A stretch of DNA of 64,000 nt from Dipteris shenzhenensis. Taxonomy: Eukaryota. A program made the position numbers and the translations under genes. A model generated the notes under the pieces. The model had not been told where the DNA came from. It made no database searches and saw only the letters and a list, made by a program, of their open reading frames with translations. Positions 40,401 to 52,385 of this stretch are shown in pieces. The number at the start of each line of letters is the position of its first letter. Within the stretch, counting starts at the first letter, position 1. The stretch lies in NCBI GenBank assembly GCA_047967505.1, contig CM106538.1; one strand, given 5' to 3'.

Positions 40401-41500
40401 ATGGTTATAGACCAGCCAATCCGACTATAGTTGGAGTACCTCAGAAAGTGCCTAGTGCCGCGAACTTTGTAGTTCAGATGCGGGAGATGCTAGCACTTGC
40501 GAGAGCTAATATCCGCCAGGCTATGGATAGAGCCAAGGTGTATGCGGATGAAAATCGGTTTATAAGAGTATTTGAAGGAGAAAAAGTTTTTCTCAGAATT
40601 CCTTCGCACTCGAAGTCGTTGACTTCAGGAGAGTGTGCTAAGTTATCACCTCGATACTGTGGGCCGTGGTTAATTCTAAAGAGAATAGGCAGTGTAGCCT
40701 ATAAATTAGAATTGCCACAGGGGTGTAAGGTGCACCCGGTTTTTCATGTTTCGCGCTTAAAGAAAGTTTTGCATTCAGGTGACTCACTAATCGAAGGTGT
40801 GGTTTTGTTTCAGGAGATAGAGGATATTGCAAGGCGCAAACCGACAACAATCCTGGACCGAGGAACAATGCAAATACGAAATCGGAAGATACCCACGGTG
40901 TTGGTTGCATGGCATGGTCAGCCTCTATCGGAAGCTACCTGGGAATCCGTATACCAGTTACGGAGAGCGTTCCCAGATTTCATCATCGAGGACGCTGATG
41001 CTTGAAGAGGGAAGGAATGTTATGCTCTAGCCGAGATAGCATGACCTCGGATAGATCGGTGGGCATTTTCTCTTAGATGACCAACTTTTGTAATAGTTAA
41101 TGTGCGTAATTAAATGGTCAAGAGAAGTAACTGCCAAGGTCCTAGGTGAGGGCGTAATGGCATTGACTAGGTAGTTCTAATAGGGCTAGGGCCTAGGTGC
41201 ATCTAAATGTGCAAATTGCCAAGGGGCAATTGTTTTTAAAGGAACTCCAAGAGAGGGGTGAAAAAGGATGCATCTAAGAAGGGGCCTAAAATGAAGACAT
41301 GTGGCCAGGAACTATCTAGGGAATTGTGGGTCTCAAGGATAAGGATGAAGAAAAACAATGATGGATATATGTAAGATGACGCATCAAATCCCTGAGAGTT
41401 GGCTGGGAGGAATAAAAAAAAGCCATCGCCCGTGATATTTACCTGCGACGTGGAGAGACTTATCACGATCGAAACGACGAGTAGTAAGAAGACCTTTACA
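37480..41500 (+). mobile_element. Chromovirus copy B, 3' half (protease-RT-RNaseH-integrase-chromodomain, PPT, LTR 41018-41500)
   Basis: LFDSAS, IDLKCGYHQI, MPFGLTNAP, FIDD, ETDAS, HPG..KT, MDFIVGLP and YCGPW motifs, plus chromodomain VLVAWHG...EATWE. PPT GAAGAGGGAAGGAA. A few in-frame stops. Confidence 0.96.
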
Positions 41501-43696
41501 CCGACTTTGTCCTCACGGGGAGGCGGGCACACCCACAACGGGGACCTTTCTCCGGACTGACCTATCCTCACACTAGGTGGGCACACCAACAAGCACTTGC
41601 CCTCTCTCACAGGTGACATCAGGAGATGTTGATCTCTAACACCCCTCTTTGCTCTTGGATGGGAACACAAACGCCAGGGAGTTGGGTGTGCCGTTGGAAC
41701 AACTGGAGGAATCCGTCGTGTGATATTCCATCGCTGAAGACCGCATCAGGTAATGTCAAAGAAGCCCCCTCTTGGCGCGAAGCGCTTTAGCATGATCACG
41801 GGGAACCCGTAACTGTTGCTCCCAGGCCACAGGTGCTAGGTACACTCCTCTGGTCTTGCGCTGGTACTATATGTCATTTGGTACAACAATCCAACTGTTG
41901 GTACTCCAACAGAAGGTATTGGAACGCTGCCACCCATGCAAGGTCAGCTTCCCTGCATGGGCACCTGTATCTCAGAGCTAGATAGCGCCCTCTCATATCC
42001 AAATTGGTACATTGTCGCCAGGTTGATGAACTTCAATGCTCCAGCCTCCAGGGACAATGGGCAAATAACAGCTCACAAGAATCAATCAAGTGTGTCCGGA
42101 CTCCGGCACCAGCAATCTGCTGATCCATCCAGATCTCCAGCAGCTCATCAGGCAATAGCTGCAACAGAACACTAGGAGACCCCCTCTCGATCTGCCAGGT
42201 CATAATGTCTAAACAAAATGCATACTGGTAACATACTGCCACATGAGTCAGTAGGAACAACTCTTGGTGGCTCGATGTCCTGCCTGAAAGCTTGCCTCGA
42301 TGATAGACTCTCTTCCTACTGCACCTGACGAATAGAGGACCCCATACTGGGATGATAACTGGGACAAAAGAGTTATGGCCATGTCCTCGACTACTTCCCT
42401 ACCTGGAGGATCTCCTGCTGAAGTTCTTGCAACTTGTTGATATGGTCCCGCATCGATGAAGACTTCTTGGGATCCATCATCCAACAACCGCATCTGGACT
42501 TCTTGGGAAACCCTCATGGAAGAGGTTCGATTATACAGGGACGCCAAATGCTCCCATATACTCTTGGCCACTGTCATGTGCTTCATGTGATTATAATCGC
42601 CTGAGGAGTACAGTTAAGAAAAATGAGCGATCTTACCCTTGCATTAACATGTTCCCGGAGCTGAGACAGGGTCTCGGCCTCCTACTCTAGGATGCCAAGA
42701 TTGGATGCAAGGGGATTTGGTCTGGTAACGCCGCTCAATTATGAAATCTGCCAGATCATATGACTGTAACACAGACTCCATCATCACCCGCCAGATGCTG
42801 TAACTGAGCCCATGCAACTGACGGTCAATTGGGAATGTGGGCAACACTGGAATTCTAGTCTTGTTCTCTACCATCTCGGACAAAGTCGCCATGTTGGGGA
42901 GAGAGCTGAACTGAAAGAGGTGAATGGGATAGACAGTGACAGAAGGTGGAAGAAAGGAGAGGGCTGGAGAAGAGGATGAAGGGGCTGACAGCCCAATGTA
43001 CCTTCACTCCTCGCTATCTGTCCCTCGGGAACACCTCCTCTCTGATTTGAAAACACATGAACAAGGATGGAAGAACTGCTCCACCCCAAGGCTGGAAGGA
43101 CTGCTCCAGAAGAACTGTTCCAGGTGATGCACAAGGGGCTGGTCCACGTCTGGAAGAACTGCTCCACCAGAAGATGAAAACAAGGAGGAAAGGGTGCCTA
43201 TATATAGGCAGCCTCCCCCTCCCTAGTCGGCTGATGTAGAATGGGGGCCGACCCCCTGCTGTAGGGTCCAACCAGCTTAGGTGGGCCGACCCACCTCTAG
43301 GGCTGCCCACAGCCCTATAAAGAGGGCTCACCCCCAGCCTATGGGGGGCTGCTCTTCAGCCAAGGTGGCCGACCTGCAGGTCTGCCCACCCCCTGCTCCA
43401 AAGCCTGCATATAGGGCCTATAAGAGGCACCTCCAGGAGCTGTCCTGTGGCAGCACAACATGCACAGATCCGCACCCCTCCCGGGATCCTCCATGGCCAT
43501 CGTGGCAGCACATGGACCAGCAAGAGGCACTGAATAGCCATGAAGTCCTGCCCTCTGTCCTACTCTGTCCTCACGGGGGGCGGATATACCCACAACGGGG
43601 CCCTTTCTCCGGACTGACCTATCCTCACACTGGGCGGGCACACCCACAAGCACTAACCCTCTCACATGTGACATCAGGAGATGTTGATGTCTAACA
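41501..43696 (-). mobile_element. Gag-only (non-autonomous) copia-like LTR element
   Basis: 5' LTR ~43048-43696 starts TGTTAG on the minus strand. Copia-type gag fragments YSIWRVMMESVLQSYDL and AKSIWEHLASLY. PPT AAAGAGGGG precedes the 3' LTR start at 41641. No pol in the ~1.4-kb interior. Confidence 0.78.
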
Positions 43697-43896
43697 GATT
43701 CGCATCTCTTGGAGACCTTCCACTGGCCCACCTAGAAGTCTTTTATTACTGCTTTTAGTTTCTGAGTAGTAGCTGTTTTACTTTGGACAGCTATGAATGT
43801 TTAAAAAAACAAGAAATAGTGTGTGCAAAAGTGTGTGTGTGTGTGTGTAGGCCCTTGTGGTACTTGGCTGTGCCATTTCAAAGCTTTTGGATGGTT

Positions 43897-44560
43897 GAGA
43901 GAGAGAGAGAGAGAAGAAGAAGAAGAAGAAGTAGAAGTAGAATTTATTATTGTCCTCGGGGGGCCAAAAATGACCCATGGGACCTAATCCTCAGTACAAA
44001 AATCCTCCTCCGATGTGGAGGGGTCAAGAGTTTTCAAGTTCTTAATGGCACGAAAAAAGACGAGTGACAAAAGACCCCAACGTTGCTGGAGAGGCAGTGG
44101 AGAGAACTGATGAGAGCTGTGTGGTGTCTACCAGTATCTGCTGGTAATCATCCCTGATATGTTTATATCTGGGGCACTGTAGGGCTACATGTGTCTCTGT
44201 CTCGACTGTTTGTGAATCACAAAGTCTGCAAACTTTGGCATGTCGTGGCAAATTCAGCCAAGCTCCTTTCTCTATGGCCAAGGTATGTGACCGTGTGCGG
44301 AATCTGGCAATATTCCTGCGATAGAGAAGAGGGATGGGAGTGCTGATGTATGGCTGAGCAGAGGCATCTGATTTCATGAATGATGACCAGCATAGAGGAT
44401 TTATTTGATCTTGGTAGTATCCTAACTTGGTCTTCCTTTCTACTGTCAGCCATTGAGTCTGTAGGGTGCATAGTAAGGACAACTGGAATTCCTGTAGTTT
44501 GACCTTTTCAGGTGGCATAGTTAAGTATGGTTCCACATCTGCTGAACCATTTCCTTATGT
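43897..44560 (-). mobile_element. 3' end of a non-L1 LINE (RTEX/CR1-like) with (TTC)n/(TC)n tail
   Basis: ARFRTRSHTLAIEKG...VCRLC...VETETHVALQCPRY..IR C-terminal motif, then AATAAA and a microsatellite tail. Confidence 0.75.
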
Positions 44561-45125
44561 CTGTCCCCCATCCTGTACATATGATCTTGCTTTTATGGTT
44601 CTTTTGAGAGAGAGAGAGAGAGAGAGAGGAAATAAAATTTATTAAGGTCTATGAAAGACCAAAGGGTCTATGAGATTGAAAATACAATGAAATCTAAGGG
44701 TGGGCCACTAAAATGGACACCCCGACAAGAGAAGCTCGGCTAAGGATTGAGAGAGAGAGAGAGAGAGAGAGAGGAGGAGGAGGGGGGGGGGCTTGTTGCA
44801 TGTTGTTGGTTATGCTTTGAGCTATTAATATACTTTCAATATTTATCATACTCTATATAGGTGTTGCTCGATAAGTAGTAGGTTGAGTTTCTTCTGTTTT
44901 AAAGATTCCTCTTTGTTAGCTTTCAAGGAAATTTTGATGTCATTTTTTACTTCTTTTAAACATGTGGATGACGTTCTTTCACACTTAGCAGATATTGTGG
45001 TGCTTCCGTCTGTAAGATTTCTTTGATTGGTATTGTTTACCCCTTCTGCTTCCTTTTCTTCTTGCTTGGCTCCCAAGAGGAAAAGGAAAACAACACTGGT
45101 ACAAATTTTTGATGTCATGCTACAG

Positions 45126-45202
45126 GGCGAGTTTCCGAGTCTGAATCGAATGGTTATATTTTGATCCAAACAAGTGGAGGGCTAAATCAGCAGAGGACGG
45201 GG
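45126..45202 (+). CDS. O-FucT-family exon 4 (SNGYILIQTSGGLNQQRTG)
   Basis: GGLNQQR hallmark. Phase matches exon 3. Confidence 0.9.
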
Positions 45203-45468
45203 GTAGTAATCTCAACAGCGTTTGCTCTTGCAATTTCTTACCTCTGTGACTGCAAGCTATTTTGTCCCTTTGTCTCCAAAGTCGTTTTCATAAGTGTATG
45301 TATCCCAAAGAACTGCATGCTTAATCTAGCAAGCAAGGATTGCGAATGCTTTTTGAGGTCTTGTATGTTTCTATTTGTCTAATATGTTACCCAACATATA
45401 TGTTTCTCCCTTAAGTTGGCGTAGTTTTACTTTGATGGAATTGAGTTTTTTTTTGGCTCCACTTTCAG

Positions 45469-45557
45469 ATTATTGATGCTGTGGTGGTTGCTTGGATCTT
45501 GAATGCCACATTGGTCGTTCCTCGCTTGGATCATACATCGTTTTGGAAGGACACTAG
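45469..45557 (+). CDS. O-FucT-family exon 5 (IIDAVVVAWILNATLVVPRLDHTSFWKD)
   Basis: LNATLV.P hallmark. AG/GT boundaries. Confidence 0.92.
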
Positions 45558-45971
45558 GTTGGTGATCACAACAATCTTTGATTACTCTTCCCTTGAAAGT
45601 CCACCTATATACTATATTGGACACGATCTATATACTTTTTATTGAAGGTAGTGTGGGATGTGTTGATGGAATGAAAGAAACAAAGCTACCAGCTGTCAAG
45701 TTGATGGTTTACGACACACTTAAACTTGAAAGAGGCCAATTGTTGGCCTTAACAACATGAGGTAGACATAGAGGATTGATATATGTAGTTCTCTTCTATA
45801 TGGGCCAATAATTGACTGAAACATGTGTGCCCCAATATGCCTGCACACAATCACACATGCAGACTCAATAGATTGAGGCACAAGCACAGACACTTGGGCT
45901 CAGACATAGTCACGTAGACATAGCCGTAGGTGTAGAGACAGAGAGATGTTAGTGTGTGTGTGTGTGTGGCA

Positions 45972-47849
45972 ACTTCTCTCATACTTGGATCATCTTACCG
46001 CACAAGGTCTTCTCACTCGTCTTCAGATTCCTGGAGCCCCTTCCTTTATCGCTCAGGCCTATGCAGATGATTCTTTTTTTATGCAACATAATTCTCCACA
46101 GCAGTTGAAGACTATTATGGACACTCTTTCTTCATATGGCTTGGCTGCTGGCCTGAATGTTAATTTTGATAAATCTAGCCTCATACCTTTGCATTCATAT
46201 GATTGGCATACTCTATGGCCTGGGCACATTATGCAGCCCTATGATGTGGTCCGCCATCTCGGTCACCCTATTGGCTGGCACATCACTAGGAAACAACATC
46301 TAAAGTGGATTTTTGACAAGCTTCATGCCAAACTCCATTATTGGAAGCTCTCCAATTGGCCACTCCATGTTAGGCTCCGGATTGTCCAGTCGATTATTAT
46401 GGCTTATGTTCAGTATTATTTGCCTTTGATGCACTGGACTTCTCAAGACATTTTTGCCTTTATGTCTCACGCTATGGAACTGTTATGGAAAACAAAGTCT
46501 TCTGCTAAAGCTCTAAGACTTATGAGGATGACAAAAGTCTGTTCCCCAAGGATGCACGGTGGATTGAATGTGCTGAATATTGCGCACCATGTCTTGGCCA
46601 GGAAAATTCCTCTTCTACTCACCTTTTTTGGTCAGAAGCAGCCATGGACTCATATGCTTGCAACCATGTGCACGTCCTTACGTACTACTGCACATGGTGC
46701 ATGGATCACTGATTTTTGGGAGGTCATTTTGGGCAGATTTGTAGGCTCTATCCCAGGTTGCCCTTTTGCTACTTCACTTATTAGTGATTGGAAACAGGTC
46801 CTTTCGCATGCTCATTGGGCCCCTTCCGTTTTGTCTTATGCCAATTCCCTTCGGCAAGAAAGTATTTACTGGAGTGCTGTTTTTGATCCTCCATTGGCCC
46901 TCCAAGAGCCGATTCGGGCATATAATCTCAGCAAATTGGGGATCAGGTGTATAAATGATGTTGTTGATGCTACTGGTCAAATGCTTTCCTTCCCTCAAGC
47001 CATGGCTTCTTATCCACTAGCCATGCATTACAGGTTTATTTGGGGAAAAATTGCTGAATTGCTTCAGCCTTTTCTTCCCATCCCTCCTTTATCTAACATG
47101 GACCGATTACACGACTGGCAGTTACACCCGGTGGGCTCAAATTCTCGTCCTGTTACTCTTTCTGACCTAACGGTTAGCACGACATACTCTTTCCTCCAGC
47201 CGTCACCATGGATTCACTTACATGCTAATTCTCTTTGGCATATGGCAAAATCACTTGCTTGGTGGCGAAAGAATCTCCGCAGTTTATGGAGGAGCAAATT
47301 GCCTCTCAAGCAAAAGCTTTTCCTATGGCGTTGTCTTACAGGAACCTTATCCGTGGGGGTCACTCTGGCTCAACGAAGGATTGCATCTGCTTCTTGTCTT
47401 CGATGCATGGCCCCTTCTGAAACGGTGCCTCATTTGTTTTGGATGTGCTCCAGCACTAAGACCTTCATATGCAAAATTTCCATGTCGCTTCGCCTTCGTT
47501 TCCCTAACTCTCCTTTTGGGAAACATTTTTGGCTTTGTGGCAGACTTCCTACAACCCTGGTCCATCACTCTTTATTTTTGTACTGGGTCAGATATTGGGC
47601 TTTTTGGACCATATGGCAGGATCACAACATGAGATATTTTGGGAATCCGTTCTTGCAATCTTATGAATATTTCAGACTCTCCCTACGGCAATCTATCTAT
47701 GATGCTTGCCATCAAGGAGATCTTCCTCAGTCATGCCTGGAAATAGTTTCTCTTTGCTTTTGAATTCCTGTTGAGGCTCTCTGTTTTTTGAGACCCTCAT
47801 GTAAATTTTGCTGATAATATAATCATGGATTTACCAAAAAAAAAAAAAA
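45972..47849 (+). mobile_element. Young 5'-truncated L1 LINE with open ORF2 C-terminus and poly(A)
   Basis: ~600 open codons with AYADD and zf-RVT (CLRC...ETVPHLFWMC). A14 tail. TSD GTGTGTGTGTGTGGCA on both sides. Confidence 0.93.
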
Positions 47850-47969
47850 GTGTGTGTGTGTGGCAGATGGGAGTGTGTGTGTGTGGTATGGTGTGTGCGC
47901 AAGGTGAGAGAGAGCTGCGCGCAGGTGTGTGTGTGTGAGAGAGCTGCGCGCAGGTGTGTGTGTGAGAGA

Positions 47970-50140
47970 GACGACCTGCTTCATGTTTGCTTTGGACTGT
48001 GTGCAGCCTTTTCGGAGCCCTTACCTCTGCTTGTGGGAGATTTCGTCTCTGTTTGCCATCCTGCGTGCTCTCTAAAGACACCTTCAGCGCCTCGTTTTTG
48101 GTTTTCTCTCTGCTTTGCCTACTCTGTGAGTGCGTCGGAGCTGTGTATGTTGTGTGTGAGACAGTATTCCTGCAAGTATTCTTGTCGCAACAGGTTCCCG
48201 TGCCCTCTTGTCCAGGTCCCGTGTCCTTCTGTCCAGGTCTCGTGCCCAGTTGTCCTCGTTGCTTTATTGAACCTATTCTGGCCCAACAGCTACAGCGTCG
48301 TCGCCCCTATCTTGGTTTCAACCCAACCTGTCTAGTTCACGTACTGTCTGGTTAATCCCTCTCTCGCTTGGTTCGTGCCCCGCTTGTCTATTCCATTTCT
48401 GCTTGCTATCTGCCCCGACTGAACTTTCTGACCCATCTGTTTATTTCGTCTTTTCATAGCTTGTTACCTGACTGCAATTTCAGCGTTGAATCTTTCTATT
48501 GAATTGACTAGCTTCAAAATGACAGAAACAAATAAGTATTATGTAAAGAGGGCGCTCTCTCCAGAATCCAAAAGACAGTCAAGGGAGACTCTGCCCCCCA
48601 TAGCCCCTTCATCTGAAGATGCTTCCTATGTGTTTGACATGTTGAATGAGGAATTTCAACAAAGTAGAAGAGAATGGATGTTGCTACTTACAAAATGAAG
48701 TTGCCTTCTCTTGTGCATCCTCTAAAGAAGCTCTCTCAGACTGCAGTCATCATCTTTTTCCCAGGGAAAATACCTTTGGCTAATGATGTGGGACAATGGG
48801 TAAATTCCCTCTTAGGTGGCTGCTATGTGGAAGGAGTTTATTTTGCCTCCCGAGGATTTTATGAAGTTCATCTCTTGGATGCCTTGACAAAACAAAAGAT
48901 GTTGGAAATGTCCCCTTTATTTTTTGGCTGTCAGATGGTGCACATCATGCCTTGGTCTCCTAATAAGGACTATTAGAATCTCATCAAGCACCATTGCCTT
49001 GTATGGGCTGAAGTGGTTGATTTTCCAGATATCATGAGAACGGAGCTTTCTGGCTTAGCAATGACATTGGGACAAGTGATATGTCCCCCTCGTTCCACAG
49101 GTAATAAAAATCGCTTTTGCATCTTATGGGATACTGATAGACCAACCCCTCCTTCTATTGCTGTTGAGATTGAGGGTGTTAATTTGGGATGCTTCTGCTC
49201 CTTCTCTTGGTCAACCATCTACCTCTTTTGATAGCCCCATCTCAAAGGCATGGGTTAATGCAGTCAAGAAGGGTATTCCGCTTTGTAAAGAAGATGATCT
49301 GGTCAGGGAATTGGATTCTGAGGCTCAGCAAGACCCTGAGGCAATGGCAGAGGCGTGATGCCTCCTTTTCTTTCTGAGGACTACTCATTTCTTGTACATA
49401 TTTTCATGCGTGCTTCTCTTAAATGTGTCTCTTACAATATACAGGGCCTTTGCAACCCGAATAAATGGAGGCTCCTTTGGTACTATATATAAATACAACT
49501 CATTTAGATGTTGTGTGTGTGTAAGAGCATAATCAACATTCTTTTCTACTCCTCAGGTTGAATTGGCTCGGAGCAAATTTATTGATCTTGTCTCTCCTAT
49601 TGTTTCTTTGCCAAAAGCTTCATTGTTGGAAGTGTCTTTTTCAGATATTGAATTGGATGATTCTCTCAAACATTTGGGTAAACATAAATCCCTTGGCTGG
49701 GATTGTTTGACGGTTGAATTTTTTGTAGCCTTCTGGGCTGAATTGAAGGGTTCAATCTTGAAGCTCATTAATGTAGCCTGGCAGCATCAACATCTTCCTT
49801 CAGCCTGGAAGCATGGTCTGGTCAAGCTTGTGCCCCAAAAAACTCCTATGTGAGACTATGGCTGACTGGAGGCCCATCAGTTTGATGCCTGTTATATATA
49901 AACTTATTGCTAAAATGTTGGTTCATTGGATAAAGGATATTCTTCATGATGGTCTTTATCCCAGGCAATATGGTTTTGTTCCAAGAAGGAATATACATGA
50001 TAATATCTCCAATACTCTCATCGCAATGGAATATGCTAAATATTCAGCTCAAGATGTTTTGGTCATGCAGGTGGATGTGGCAAAGGCATTTGATACCGTA
50101 CAGTGGGATTATGTCTCTCAAACCATGTCTAGTTTGTTTG
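47970..50140 (+). mobile_element. L1 LINE 5' part (5' UTR, ORF1 DUF4283-like, internally deleted ORF2)
   Basis: ORF1-like RGFYEVHL...MPWSP, endonuclease start SYNIQGL, RT WRPISLM...QYGFVP...DVAKAFD. Frameshifted. Confidence 0.85.
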
Positions 50141-50149
50141 GGTAGGTCC

Positions 50150-52385
50150 CATAGGGAGGAGAATCAAGAATGGGTTAAGGGGACCCAGAGGAGGGGGGGG
50201 GGGTAGAGGATGGTTTGGGTGCTCCTTAGTGAAAGAGGAAGAGCTAATATAGGCTCTCTACATGCTTGCCAGCCCTCCACCCCGAGCCTCCACCTCAATA
50301 TACCATTGCCTCACATCCCTCTTTAATCTCTTGAAATTAGGAAACACTAATTTGGGGCCCTATGGGAGACTTTACTCACGAAGGTACATAGTATACGGGT
50401 CAGGGAGGTGGAGTTCACACTCTACGCCCAGGAGCAGGCTAGGCTCACTCAGGACTTGGCTAGAGTGGTTCAGGAGCAAGCTCGCCATATCCAAGAGTAG
50501 GCCAATATCATCCGGGTGTTGAGGTAGGACATGGTTCAGCTCAGGAAGGAGTTCTCCTCTACTCGTACAATTACAAGGAGTACACTGGTAGTGGAGGCCC
50601 AGATTGTGAGCATGCAATTTGTGATCGAGGAGACTTCCAGGTGGGTCGACGTAGCCAAGCGGGAACCTGCAAGGGCCATCGTTTCGGCTACCCTCATGGA
50701 GCAGCAGCAGAGAGCTAGTAAGGCTCTCAACATCAGAGTCCGTGGGATCCCAGGCATTGAAGCTACGCCAATGTCAGATGTGACAGCTTTCGTGGCCACT
50801 ACGTTGGGTGTAGATGAGCATGGGATCGAGGGTGGGGAGAGACCCCAACCGAGAGCAGCCCCTGATCATACGGTTTCATGATGCTCAAGTCTCGACTTTC
50901 GGTTTTACAATGCATGTTAGTACTACGAGATTAGCCAGTGATCTCCATGGATGAGGACCTCACCCCTCTACAGGTTGAGGAGAGGCGCTCTCTGTTGCAG
51001 CAGTGTGATCAGGCATGTAAGGAGGGGAAGTAGTTAGGGATGGTGGACGACTTCTTACAGGTCCCCGTCGGGCATCCCCCTCCCCCCCCTTCCGCTTAGG
51101 GAGGCGGGGTCTATGAGACTCAGATCTCCGAGACCCTACCCTACACCATTTGGAACTATAATGGTACCTTATGGTTAGAATCAGGAAATTTGTTGGAATC
51201 CTATATAGGCCGCGACATAGTCTTTTACACGGAGACACATTAGAGCCCAGAGCGTCCCCTGCCAATAGTCAGTGGGTACACGTGGGAGTCTGTCTACAGA
51301 GATGAGACTAGGGACATAGGGGGGGTACGTGGATCAGGAGGGGTAGCAGTTCTCTACAGATCCACCCTTTCGGAAACCATTTCGATAGAGCCAAGAGATA
51401 CCCATTCCAAATTTCTTTGGATTCGGATTCGACACATGGACAGCTAGGATCTGTTTGTTGCAGTATGCTACTTCCCTCTCGAGAGCTCCCACTTTGCGAG
51501 AGATATCCGGGATGAGACTGAGGCATCTCCATTTGCAGCCCTATATCAGTTCATTGTTGATTTCTCGAGCCGCAAAGAAGTCCTCCTAGTTGGAGACTTC
51601 AATGCAAGGACAGGCACCCGTCAGGTACCACTTCTTGACTTCGGGGATGATTCCATTCTACTGCCAGACGTTGACCTTGAGGATGTAGTTGTGATACGGG
51701 TTTCAGCTGACAGACGAGGGCCAGTCACATCTTATGGACATGATCTACTAGACCTTGGCAGGATGCATGATCTCATTATCTATAATGGTCTCGACAGATG
51801 GCCCACCTCAGGTGGCTTCACATGCTTCCCACATGGGGGGGGGCTCTAGCGTTGTTGATTACATCATGGGATTGCTTGCCTTCACTTCACGCATCAATGA
51901 TTTCACTGTAGCACCTCTCCCCCAGGGGCTGATCACACTTACCTTTTCTTTAGCGTCTCCACTCTCCATCGTTGCACAGCACCTTCCACCCTACTGAGTT
52001 CTTACTTCTCATACCATGATATACGCTTCGATCGTGACCACTCACCTGCCTACTCTGGCCATCTATATATACTCCTTGCGTACATTGACTTCATACCCCT
52101 CTTAGAGGACCGAGCTGCCTTGATCACTCACTCACTACACGAGGTTGCCCTCCATGCTTTCCCTCACACCACTCGCTCCACTCGCCCACCACCTCCTGGG
52201 ACCATACCTTGTAATAATTGGTACGATGAAGAGTGTAAGGCTTTACACCATCAGCTCAGATTCGAAGCCAAAAACAGCCATTTGAGCGAACCAGAGATGC
52301 TACGTGAGTATCGTAGACTGGTATGTAGGAAGAAACTAGATTTCATTCGTCGGAATGAGGAGGAACTATTGAACATTCTGCTCAT
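50150..52385 (+). mobile_element. Non-L1 LINE 5' part (coiled-coil ORF1 and APE endonuclease)
   Basis: ORF1 RASKALNIRVRGIP. APE motifs LLVGDFNARTG and GSSVVDYI, then WYDEEC. Homologous to 60000-61000. Confidence 0.8.

Noticed and set aside
33890-41500. Natural bidirectional retroelement with inverted LTRs (DIRS-like)
   Set aside because: It has a DDE integrase and chromodomain, no tyrosine recombinase, and the TSD plus microhomology show a secondary inversion of a normal gypsy element.
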